From a virus, in the IMG/VR virus record IMGVR_UViG_3300045988_167643: 64,000 nucleotides of DNA. The stretch is one strand, 5' to 3'. The notes beneath the pieces are model-generated. The model worked only from the letters and a program-made list of their open reading frames with translations. It ran no database searches and was not told the origin of the DNA. A program made the translations under genes and the position numbers. Of the stretch, positions 54,248-62,302 are shown one piece after another (position 1 is the first letter of the stretch; each line of letters starts with the position of its first letter).

Positions 54248-55023
54248 TGGGATATTGGAATAGGAAAACTGAATTAAAGAAAAAGGCGAATGTTCATACA
54301 AATAAAATGGAAGAGCTATATAGCTTGGAAATTACAGAATGTGTAAACAATACAAAAGTATATGACCAAGAGTTCTATTGTAAAAAAGAATGCGATAGTA
54401 AGCCGGATTTTCATCAGAAAATCACTGTAGAAGATATGGATAGTGTACAGGCAATATTTTCTTATGAAAACACAGGTAAAACAGCAGTTCTTAATTTTGC
54501 AAGCTATAAAAATCCAGGTGGCAAATTTTTAGATGGATCTTCTGCACAGGAAGAAATGCTTTGCCACAGTTCCTTCCTATATAATGTGTTATCTGAATTT
54601 GATGAAGATTATTATGAATTCAATAGAATGACTAAGAACTTCGCATTATATACAAATCGTGCATTATATAGTCATGATGTTTTATTCATAAGAGGCGATG
54701 AAGAGATTTGTGTAGATGTTATTACTTGTGCAGCACCAAACAAAACTGCAGCTCAGAAATATTGTGGTAAATCTGATTTTGATTGTAATTCTGCAATGGT
54801 TGATCGTATACATTTTATGCTTGATATTGCACAAGAAGAGGAAGTTAATACATTAATTCTTGGCGCATGGGGATGTGGTGTATTTGGTAATGATGCAGAA
54901 TTTGTTGCGAATAGTTTCAAAAAAGAATTAGAAGAATATTATACCGATACTTTTGAGAATATTATATTTGCGATTCCTGGCGGTACGAACTATATGGTAT
55001 TCAAGAGGGTGTTTGGTAAATAA
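54247..55023 (+). CDS. microbial PARG-like macrodomain protein (TIGR02452/DUF2263-like)
   Basis: VLNFASYKNPGGKFLDGSSAQEEMLCHSS, ITCAAPN, LILGAWGCGVFGNDAEFVA. Confidence 0.7.
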   Translation: MGYWNRKTELKKKANVHTNKMEELYSLEITECVNNTKVYDQEFYCKKECDSKPDFHQKITVEDMDSVQAIFSYENTGKTAVLNFASYKNPGGKFLDGSSAQEEMLCHSSFLYNVLSEFDEDYYEFNRMTKNFALYTNRALYSHDVLFIRGDEEICVDVITCAAPNKTAAQKYCGKSDFDCNSAMVDRIHFMLDIAQEEEVNTLILGAWGCGVFGNDAEFVANSFKKELEEYYTDTFENIIFAIPGGTNYMVFKRVFGK

Positions 55024-55041
55024 ATAGATTGGAGATATTAA

Positions 55042-56274
55042 ATGTTAAATTATACACGATATTTTAATGCCGGTGCTTTGCTACATAATTTCCAAGATGC
55101 AGCAAATTTAACAAAACAGCTTGGAATTAAAAATGCCATTGAATACAACGTGAATGATTTTTTATTTACGATTGGAAAAAATTATTTTGTTGATAAGATT
55201 AATAGGCTTCAAGACAAATTAATTGTTGGATTTTTTACATCATATTCTGATGATATTAAAAATATTTGCTGGTATTTAAATAAACTCGATCCAAAACTAT
55301 ACAAAAAATATATTGGTGATATAGAGGAATATAAACAGTGCTTTGTGAGAAACGATAGAGTTTATTATATGCTTCCATATGAACGAAAATTTGTATTTAC
55401 TTGCAAAGATAAAACTAAAGTGGTTGCCAAATTAAGTAAGGGTAGTTTTTTAGATTATGCAAATATTTATTTTATCGGTCCTCATAGAAAAGAACATGCA
55501 GATTTTTTTAGAAAATTTTGCGATAAATATAATAGTAAATATATGACAATAGATACTCTGCAAATTGATAAAACAGATAAGATGACAAATGAACTTGACG
55601 ATGAAATTGATGGTATTTCAGAAAACGCAATTATATTCCCAGAAAAAAATGAAATATTTAGCTATTTGGACGCATGGTTGAATTCTGAAACGTATTTTAC
55701 ATCATGTGGAATTAATCACAAAATTGGCATCCTTCTTTATGGTGAACCTGGTACTGGTAAAACCACTTTTGCCAAGGTCTTGGCAACAAAGTACGACTTA
55801 ACTCTTGTTAAGTTCACATTGAATGATTTATCAAAATTAATTTCAAAGAATGAATTTTGGAAAAAATTAGAAGATTCTGTTGTAGTGTTAGAAGATATCG
55901 ATGTTCTGGTAAGCAAACGTGATAATAGTGTTACCTCTGCAGACAAAGAAAATTTTCAAGCATTATTGCAACTCTTAGATGGAATTAACTCATGTAAGAA
56001 AACAATATTTTTAGCAACAACAAATTATATTGATAGACTAGATCCTGCTCTTATTCGAGATGGACGATTTGACATTAAGATTGAAATGAAAAATTTTGAT
56101 CACGATGAAGCGGTAAAAATGTGTAATAAATTTGAAGCAGATTCGGAAGTAATTCTTAGAGATGAACAGTTTCCAATTAATCCTGCTTACTTGCAGAACA
56201 AAATCATTACGCTGCAGATGAAAGAGATTAATGAAAAACTAAAACAAAAAGCTCAAAGAATTGGAAATAAATAA
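55042..56274 (+). CDS. AAA+ ATPase (BCS1-like C-terminal module)
   Basis: Walker A GILLYGEPGTGKTTFAKVLA, Walker B VVVLEDIDVL, ATTNYIDRLDPALIRDGRFD. Confidence 0.75.
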   Translation: MLNYTRYFNAGALLHNFQDAANLTKQLGIKNAIEYNVNDFLFTIGKNYFVDKINRLQDKLIVGFFTSYSDDIKNICWYLNKLDPKLYKKYIGDIEEYKQCFVRNDRVYYMLPYERKFVFTCKDKTKVVAKLSKGSFLDYANIYFIGPHRKEHADFFRKFCDKYNSKYMTIDTLQIDKTDKMTNELDDEIDGISENAIIFPEKNEIFSYLDAWLNSETYFTSCGINHKIGILLYGEPGTGKTTFAKVLATKYDLTLVKFTLNDLSKLISKNEFWKKLEDSVVVLEDIDVLVSKRDNSVTSADKENFQALLQLLDGINSCKKTIFLATTNYIDRLDPALIRDGRFDIKIEMKNFDHDEAVKMCNKFEADSEVILRDEQFPINPAYLQNKIITLQMKEINEKLKQKAQRIGNK

Positions 56275-56289
56275 TAGAGGTGATAATAA

Positions 56290-56811
56290 ATGATAAAAGT
56301 TACATCTGATGCAGCCAATAAACTGATTAAGAAGTTAGAGCAAGAAAAAGGTATTCTCACAGATAAGATTTCTAAAATGTCAACATTCATTGTGGCAATA
56401 ACTGAGAATTACGACCAGATCAAAGCAGAGCAGGAAGCAGAATTCAATCTGAATGAGACTATCTCACAGATTGATGAGATTGATAAGAAAATTATTACAA
56501 TCAGACATGCAAAATCTGTGTTTAATAACTCAGTAGTTATGAAGAATGGATTGACTGTCGGTGACAACATTATTAGATTAGCTATACTCGAAAGAGAGAA
56601 GAGTATTTATAGCAAACTTGCTACCAGACAGAAAAAGATAAGAAACACTTCAATAAACAAAGATATTGAATACACTTATTTGAATTATGATCTTGAGGAC
56701 GCAAAGAAAAAATATGACAGTGTGTATACCGAAATTTCAGAAATTCAGGAAGAACTTAATATTGTAAACAGTTCAGCAGAGTACAAATTTGAGATTGATA
56801 TTGACCTCTAA
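56290..56811 (+). CDS. hypothetical coiled-coil protein
   Basis: 173-aa ORF. Confidence 0.55.
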   Translation: MIKVTSDAANKLIKKLEQEKGILTDKISKMSTFIVAITENYDQIKAEQEAEFNLNETISQIDEIDKKIITIRHAKSVFNNSVVMKNGLTVGDNIIRLAILEREKSIYSKLATRQKKIRNTSINKDIEYTYLNYDLEDAKKKYDSVYTEISEIQEELNIVNSSAEYKFEIDIDL

Positions 56812-57145
56812 TGGGAAGTAGTTAATGTAATCAATCTTCCGTATTACAGTTACTTTTACATATAGATTATTTATATAAAAGTAAATATACATTTAATACA
56901 AGTATGGTAGGTTATTGATTGAGTTTATAGATAGAGTTAAAGTTCAGTAAGGTATTTATTCAATAGTAATGCAGCAAGGTTAATTGATAGGTCTGCATAT
57001 TTAATTCTTAAATCCAGATTATAAAGGCTCAAATTAATTAGTAACTGTAATTAAAAACTTTTCGGTATCAAGTTCGGTTAGAGATACTTTTTAAGAATAG
57101 ATGAAGAAACAATTGAGAAGTAAATAATAGAGAGTCCAGATAAGA

Positions 57146-57313
57146 ATGACGATAAACTTAACTTACGACCCTCATATAAATGAGGCGAAGCCTAACTTGG
57201 AAAATAGAGAGTACATACAAGTGATTGGTATGGAACAAGGGCGATACTGCCAGGTAACTGTAGCAGCAGTTCATAAGAGAACGGTTCAGAAAGTAGCGAA
57301 TCTGAGTGAATAA
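57146..57313 (+). CDS. possible small protein (55 aa)
   Basis: Own translation, below track cutoff; weak RBS; lies in an otherwise ORF-free stretch. Confidence 0.25.
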   Translation: MTINLTYDPHINEAKPNLENREYIQVIGMEQGRYCQVTVAAVHKRTVQKVANLSE

Positions 57314-57363
57314 AAATTTGTCTGACGAAGACATATATGGCGGTGTAGCAACCGTCAATATAA

Positions 57364-57435
57364 AGCATCTTAGTGTAATGGTTATCACGGATGACCTTGG
57401 ATCATCAGATGTTGGTTCGATTCCAACAGGTGCCG
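57364..57435 (+). tRNA. tRNA-like gene, anticodon position UUG (Gln) but non-canonical
   Basis: Cloverleaf: acceptor AGCATCT/AGGTGCC (A1:C72 mismatch), D arm GTGT..TCAC, anticodon stem GATGA/TCATC, loop CCTTGGA (C at position 33), T arm GTTGG-TTCGATT-CCAAC; no encoded CCA. Confidence 0.5.
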
Positions 57436-57506
57436 TTAACTCAGAAATGAGTATTTCAAAGTTAAAAATTTAAAGAATAAAATTCAATTTAAAGGAGAAG
57501 AAAATT

Positions 57507-58157
57507 ATGACAAAAGAAACTATGACAGTACATAAAGCGTTAGCAGAAATTAAAATCCTTAAAGACAGAATCCAGAGTGAGATTTACAATTCAATTTTTG
57601 TATCTTGCAAAAAAAATTCTCAGTCAAAAATTTCTGGAATGGATGTTGATGAATATGAGAAGATTATTACAGGATGTTACGACAAAGATGTAGATCTTAT
57701 GAGTAGACTTGAAGCTCTGCAGAGAGCAGTAATGCTTTCAAATGCAGTAACAAAAGTTAAGATTAAAATTGGAGAAAATGAAGAAGAACGTACTGTAGCA
57801 GAAGCAATCAACATGAAAAATAACAGTATGATGTTCAAGAGACAGATGCTTGACAGAATGCAGCAACAGCTTTCTCAGGCACAGGCAAAAACAAACAAAG
57901 AGAATGAGATTCTTGAAAGTAAGTCAGAAAATTATGTAACTGGTCTTTTTGGACAGAAAGAGGGTAAAACTTCTACCGATGAAGTTACAAAAGCCAAACA
58001 GCAGTACATTGATCTTAACACATGGGAGTTGATTGATCCGATAAATGTGCAAAATAAAATCCGTGTTTTATCTGACGAAATTTCATCATTTGAAGCAGAA
58101 GTAGACTCTGTTTTAAGCACAAGTAACGCATTAACAACAGTTACAATTGAGTATTAA
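57507..58157 (+). CDS. hypothetical coiled-coil protein
   Basis: 216 aa; AAAGGAGAAG RBS. Confidence 0.6.
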   Translation: MTKETMTVHKALAEIKILKDRIQSEIYNSIFVSCKKNSQSKISGMDVDEYEKIITGCYDKDVDLMSRLEALQRAVMLSNAVTKVKIKIGENEEERTVAEAINMKNNSMMFKRQMLDRMQQQLSQAQAKTNKENEILESKSENYVTGLFGQKEGKTSTDEVTKAKQQYIDLNTWELIDPINVQNKIRVLSDEISSFEAEVDSVLSTSNALTTVTIEY

Positions 58158-58435
58158 AGAATGGTTAGTGAATTATTTGCTGAAAATTGTATAAACGATT
58201 TTTGACCAATATGATAGCTAAATAGCCATTGCTATACGAACAGTTGTATAAAAGATTTCCTTCATTGCTTATCGAAAATCACTGAACTATAATCCTTTAG
58301 TCTTTCAGTCAGCATAGAGTAAAGTAAAAAATTAAACAAGCTGGCCTTAAAAATTAAATGGTTTAGACTCATACTCTAAATAATTTTACTAAGTTAGATA
58401 AAATTGTGCAGAAGTGCATTATTACTAATGCATGT

Positions 58436-58554
58436 AAAGTTTAAAGATAGAAAGTTCAAACCTTAAAGTTCAAAATTCAAAGCTTATTTTTGATATAAAG
58501 TTCACGTAGTAAAGTTGATAAGTTCCAAAGTTTGATAAAAACCTTGAGAAAGTT
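58436..58554. repeat. cluster of seven AAAGTT motifs
   Basis: AAAGTT at 58436, 58451, 58465, 58497, 58511, 58527 and 58549, in the extended form (T/G)AAAGTT(C/G/T)A; preceded by the TGCATTA/TAATGCA inverted repeat. Confidence 0.6.
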
Positions 58555-58683
58555 TTGGTAGCATGATTATATCGGCTCTGTGGTTTGTACAAGGCTGATA
58601 AGTGGTGAAGTTCATCTTATAAATAAATCAATGCGGTTATTAAAACCTTGTTTCTTAGTTCTAACAAAGCCGCAGTTGGAACG

Positions 58684-58752
58684 TCCTGGATAGTTAAATG
58701 GTTATAACACATGAAACCCATGTATTTGCCGGTTCGAATCCGCATTCAGGAT
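58684..58752 (+). pseudogene. tRNA-like element with truncated anticodon arm
   Basis: Acceptor TCCTGGA/TTCAGGA, D arm GTTA-AATGGTTA-TAAC, and a T arm with canonical TTCGAAT loop but a bulged C. The anticodon arm is reduced to CATG-AAACC-CATG. Confidence 0.45.
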
Positions 58753-58813
58753 TTGGGTTAGTTACCCAAAAAAGATTTCTTATTTCTTATACCTCCTAAA
58801 GTGTTGATGAGGT

Positions 58814-58880
58814 GGGGCATGACTTCGATGGCGAAGAGACTTTAAATAGTCTGTACTGGGTTCGACTCCCAGATGTCCTA
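58814..58880 (+). pseudogene. tRNA-like element with 6-nt anticodon loop
   Basis: Acceptor GGGGCAT/ATGTCCT, D arm CTTC-GATGGC-GAAG, stem AGACT/AGTCT closing the loop TTAAAT, perfect T arm CTGGG-TTCGACT-CCCAG; 67 nt. Confidence 0.45.
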
Positions 58881-59227
58881 TTAGAGATTTCAGATATGTG
58901 GTGCCACAAAAACGCTTCTCAATATCCGAGTTGCCGTACCGTTTGACTACACAATATCGTGTATGATCCACCTACAGAGCGCAGTAGTTCTGGAATCTCG
59001 AAGCTATACGAAAGATTTGTTTACTGCTAGAGCAATCGAATAGTACGGTTAAACTTTTACATATTTAGTAACAGCAGAGTAGCAGCTGTGCGTGAAAAAG
59101 TGTATATATCTTCGGAAGTTCAATCAAACTTACAGTATGTGGTTATGGTTCTTGTGGCGATGAGCCTTATAAGAAGATCAGAGTACTCTAAAAAGGTTTG
59201 GTTTACAAAGTTGTTTCAATTTTAGCA

Positions 59228-59284
59228 GACACATTCCAGATGGGGAGCCTTAATTGGTTCTGAGTTCAACCCTCAGATGTGTCT
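59228..59284 (+). other. 57-nt tRNA-like minimal element (acceptor + T arm only)
   Basis: Acceptor GACACAT/ATGTGTC (7 bp) and T arm CTGAG-TTCAACC-CTCAG. Only 25 nt lie between them, which cannot form both D and anticodon arms. Confidence 0.4.
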
Positions 59285-59815
59285 CTTAGGAAGAGTTTCT
59301 TCCTATTATAAATTGAATAGCATAGTTGCGAATATAGGCGGTGCAAAACAATCATCGACATAATAAATCCCAAAGTCATCGTTAGGGAACTCCGTGGAGT
59401 CTGCTCCTATGGCTGATGGACTCTTATGCTATCCATTTTGAATAAGGCGTAGTTAACCTGTGGATGTGGTGAAACGATATATCCCTCCAAAGTTCTGACA
59501 CTTATCAGATATTCAAATGGCGTTATAGCTCTACACATACGTTAAATGTGGGAATTGTAATTAAGGAGCATTATATATTTTATGTATATGGATATAATAA
59601 AATTCTTTTGATGAACTTCTAATGTAGATTACACTATGTTGTTACCATATAGACTTAATAGAAGGAATTTGAAAGAGAAATAATTTCATATTGGAAGTAG
59701 CTATTGTAGATACATATCATCTGAGGTGTGGATGTGAAGATGGCTACGCAGATCTCTCGAAGAAAGTCTAGGCGTAAAGTAAGATGAGTAGATACTGAAG
59801 ATATGAAATTGTTTT

Positions 59816-59888
59816 TGGGTTGTGATGAAGCGGTCAACATCCGGAGCTTTGACCTCCGTATTCGTAGGTTCAAATCCTACCAGCCCAG
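59816..59888 (+). tRNA. tRNA-Gln (anticodon UUG)
   Basis: Canonical cloverleaf: U1:A72, G73, anticodon stem CGGAG/CTCCG, loop CTTTGAC, T arm GTAGG-TTCAAAT-CCTAC; no encoded CCA. Confidence 0.85.
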
Positions 59889-60055
59889 CTAGTGTTATAA
59901 GTATGCAACGGTAATTGAATATAAATAATAGTAATATGTCACCTTCAAGATAATCCTAGGACTTGAAGTAAAATAAATTACACCTGTGATTAAAGTATTA
60001 TAAAATATATTTATTTATTGGAGGTCGTGCATGGCTTCGCTTATAACACAACCAA

Positions 60056-60129
60056 GGACCATTAGCCAAACGGTTAAGGCAGTCGCCTCATAAGCGAAAG
60101 ATTTCTGTGTTCGAATCACAGATGGTCCA
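60056..60129 (+). tRNA. tRNA with CAU anticodon (elongator Met or lysidine Ile2)
   Basis: Acceptor GGACCAT/ATGGTCC, anticodon loop CTCATAA, T arm CTGTG-TTCGAAT-CACAG; lacks initiator features; no encoded CCA. Confidence 0.85.
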
Positions 60130-60487
60130 TATCCACTACGTAACGTATTCCTCATAAATACGTTAGCGATAAAAACTTGACTACTTGATATGAGCAAGCA
60201 GAAGAGATATGCTAAGTTCTTGGTTATAGGCATATCAAAAACGCACAAAAATACAAAATACAATTTAATAACATGCAAAAACCGTTGTCAAAAATATCTC
60301 ATATAAATCCTGTGTGGATTTTACGATAGTCCGAAACTGAGAGGGATTGGTTCAGCGTAAGAGATATACGAGACCTTTAAGTATCAGAAAGTAGGCGGTA
60401 GGTTTTCACAATGGTCACCTACAAAATAGTATGTAAGCCTATACTGATGATGTGCGCAGTTGTCAGTATAGCAGTACTTAAAAAATA

Positions 60488-60571
60488 AACGGATGTGGCG
60501 AAATCAGGAAAACGCACCAGACTTAGGAACTGGTGGCTAACAGCCTTGTGGGTTCGAGTCCCATCATCCGT
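60488..60571 (+). tRNA. tRNA-Leu (anticodon UAG), long variable arm
   Basis: Acceptor ACGGATG/CATCCGT, anticodon loop CTTAGGA, variable arm GGCT-AAC-AGCC, T arm GTGGG-TTCGAGT-CCCAT; no encoded CCA. Confidence 0.85.
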
Positions 60572-60645
60572 ATTTGCTCAGAGATGAGCAGATTAAACAG
60601 AAGTATGATATGGTATTTCCCTCACCAAAGAGAATACTTTAAGAA

Positions 60646-60729
60646 TTAGGCGTGTCTCACATGATCGTAGATCATAAATCCGACCATGATAACACTACAG
60701 ATAAAAGTACCTATATTGAATATGTCCAT
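60646..60729 (-). CDS. 27-aa hydrophobic peptide, type I toxin-like
   Basis: Minus-strand MDIFNIGTFICSVIMVGFMIYDHVRHA with AAGGAGG 8 nt upstream of the ATG; internal start of track ORF 60646-60876. Confidence 0.45.
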   Translation of the reverse strand: MDIFNIGTFICSVIMVGFMIYDHVRHA

Positions 60730-60950
60730 ATCTATTGCCTCCTTTGTAAGCTTATCTATACGATAAAAGCCTATGCGGAAAGGTAAGGTATACAGACTGA
60801 AACATGCCCGATTTACGGTGGCCGTAATAAAGTATTCTCTCTGGTTCCCTGATCGATTCCTTTTGGGAATCACCACCTCAACGAGGAACTATATCATATT
60901 TCTACAATAAATTCAAGATAAAATTAAACTAAAATAAGGAAGTATAAGTT

Positions 60951-61631
60951 ATGAAGAAACCATTAGATTATACTATTTTAAAAGAACAATATGATTGGCT
61001 TGATCAATATAATACTGTAAATGATTTTATAATGGCAAAAATAAATTTGTTTTCGTATTTATTGATGAAGAAAGTAAATGAAAAATTTCCTTATGTAGAA
61101 GAGAATAATAAGGCTTTAGTTGTGGATATAAGAAATTGTTTATTAGAGAATATAAATAATACAAATCCAGAAATAAAGAATTTTTATAAAAGTTTATTAC
61201 AAATTGGAGACCATGATGATTGTGGCTATTATGATGGAATTGTAATTGATATAAATACATCATGTGGACTTGATTGTATTAACTGTGACGATATTCAGGA
61301 TTCAATAGATATTATTTGTTCTTTTACTGATGGATTTGGAAATATTTACAGTTCATTTGATATAATTATTTATTTGAGTTCATTTGACCAATGTGATTAT
61401 ACTACTGCAGAAAAAGAGTTAAAGATACCAGTAACTGAAGATGTTAATATATATTATTCGAAAGAAGATGGACTTGAAACTGAATTTTCAATGTATATTA
61501 CAGAAAATAAAAAAAATTGTATTTGGACATTTACCACTGTTGATTATGTAGATTCAGTAAGCGAATTGGATAATATATTAAAAGAAACGAAAGGTGTTAG
61601 AGATGCGAATATTAACAAATATCGAAATTAA
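60951..61631 (+). CDS. hypothetical protein
   Basis: 226 aa; AAGGAAG RBS. Confidence 0.55.
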   Translation: MKKPLDYTILKEQYDWLDQYNTVNDFIMAKINLFSYLLMKKVNEKFPYVEENNKALVVDIRNCLLENINNTNPEIKNFYKSLLQIGDHDDCGYYDGIVIDINTSCGLDCINCDDIQDSIDIICSFTDGFGNIYSSFDIIIYLSSFDQCDYTTAEKELKIPVTEDVNIYYSKEDGLETEFSMYITENKKNCIWTFTTVDYVDSVSELDNILKETKGVRDANINKYRN

Positions 61632-62118
61632 AAAACGTATGAGTCAGATCGTACAAAAGTGCATTGATCTTCATGGTGGTGGAGAAGAATATTTCAACGA
61701 ACTAGATGATTTAATTAAACATGATGAAGATTTTCTAATATCGTATCTAATACACATCTCGCAATCAAGTGTAAAAAATATCATTGTTTCCGGTGAAATT
61801 GGTTCCAGAATTGCAGAATTAAAAAAAGAACACCCATGGTTTTTAGAAGGATGTAATATAGAATATGTGAATGGTAGCTTAAGAAAAGGTGTACCAATTC
61901 AATATTCTAACTGGAAATTGGATTCTTATAAGAATCAGCCATTTATTTTCGTAGATGACAGCTATTATTCTGGTAAAACTTTAAGAATAGTAAGGGTATA
62001 CATTGAAGAAGTACTTGGTGGTTATTTGCAAAACTCATATGTTTTCTATGACGGGTCAGAAGATAATCTTGACAATGTAGTAAGTCTTTATCGGTATTAT
62101 GATCATTTTGATTATTAA
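61603..62118 (+). CDS. possible phosphoribosyltransferase-fold protein
   Basis: PFIFVDDSYYSGKTLRIV resembles the PRPP-binding loop of type I PRTases; otherwise unassigned. Confidence 0.35.
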   Translation: MRILTNIEIKKRMSQIVQKCIDLHGGGEEYFNELDDLIKHDEDFLISYLIHISQSSVKNIIVSGEIGSRIAELKKEHPWFLEGCNIEYVNGSLRKGVPIQYSNWKLDSYKNQPFIFVDDSYYSGKTLRIVRVYIEEVLGGYLQNSYVFYDGSEDNLDNVVSLYRYYDHFDY

Positions 62119-62229
62119 AAATTCTAATTGGTGATTTTCTTCACCAACATTTCCAAAAAAAAATTTCAATTTTATATAGTTCGATTTCAGCCACTGGGCT
62201 GTTTATCTTATAAATTTCCCTTTTATTAT

Positions 62230-62246
62230 CCTAGTAACTTACTAGG
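62230..62246. promoter_or_regulatory. perfect 17-nt palindrome (candidate operator)
   Basis: CCTAGTAACTTACTAGG, 8+8 bp around a central C, 57 nt upstream of the TTG start at 62303. Confidence 0.4.
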
Positions 62247-62302
62247 TTTATATACAGGTTACAATTAAAAAATTTATATATATTCAAAGGAGGTCTCTAA
62301 AT

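Noticed and set aside
58508-58522. 10-nt identity (AAAGTTGATA) between CRISPR spacer 4 and the AAAGTT motif cluster, as a possible self-target
   Set aside because: The match is too short relative to a guide of 16 nt or more. It involves an AT-rich motif that is repeated locally, so it is probably coincidence.
58158-60645. Hidden protein-coding genes in an alternative genetic code (stop-codon reassignment) explaining the ORF desert
   Set aside because: TAA, TAG and TGA all occur frequently in every frame, and no suppressor tRNA (CUA/UUA/UCA anticodon) is present. The flanking genes read normally in the standard code.
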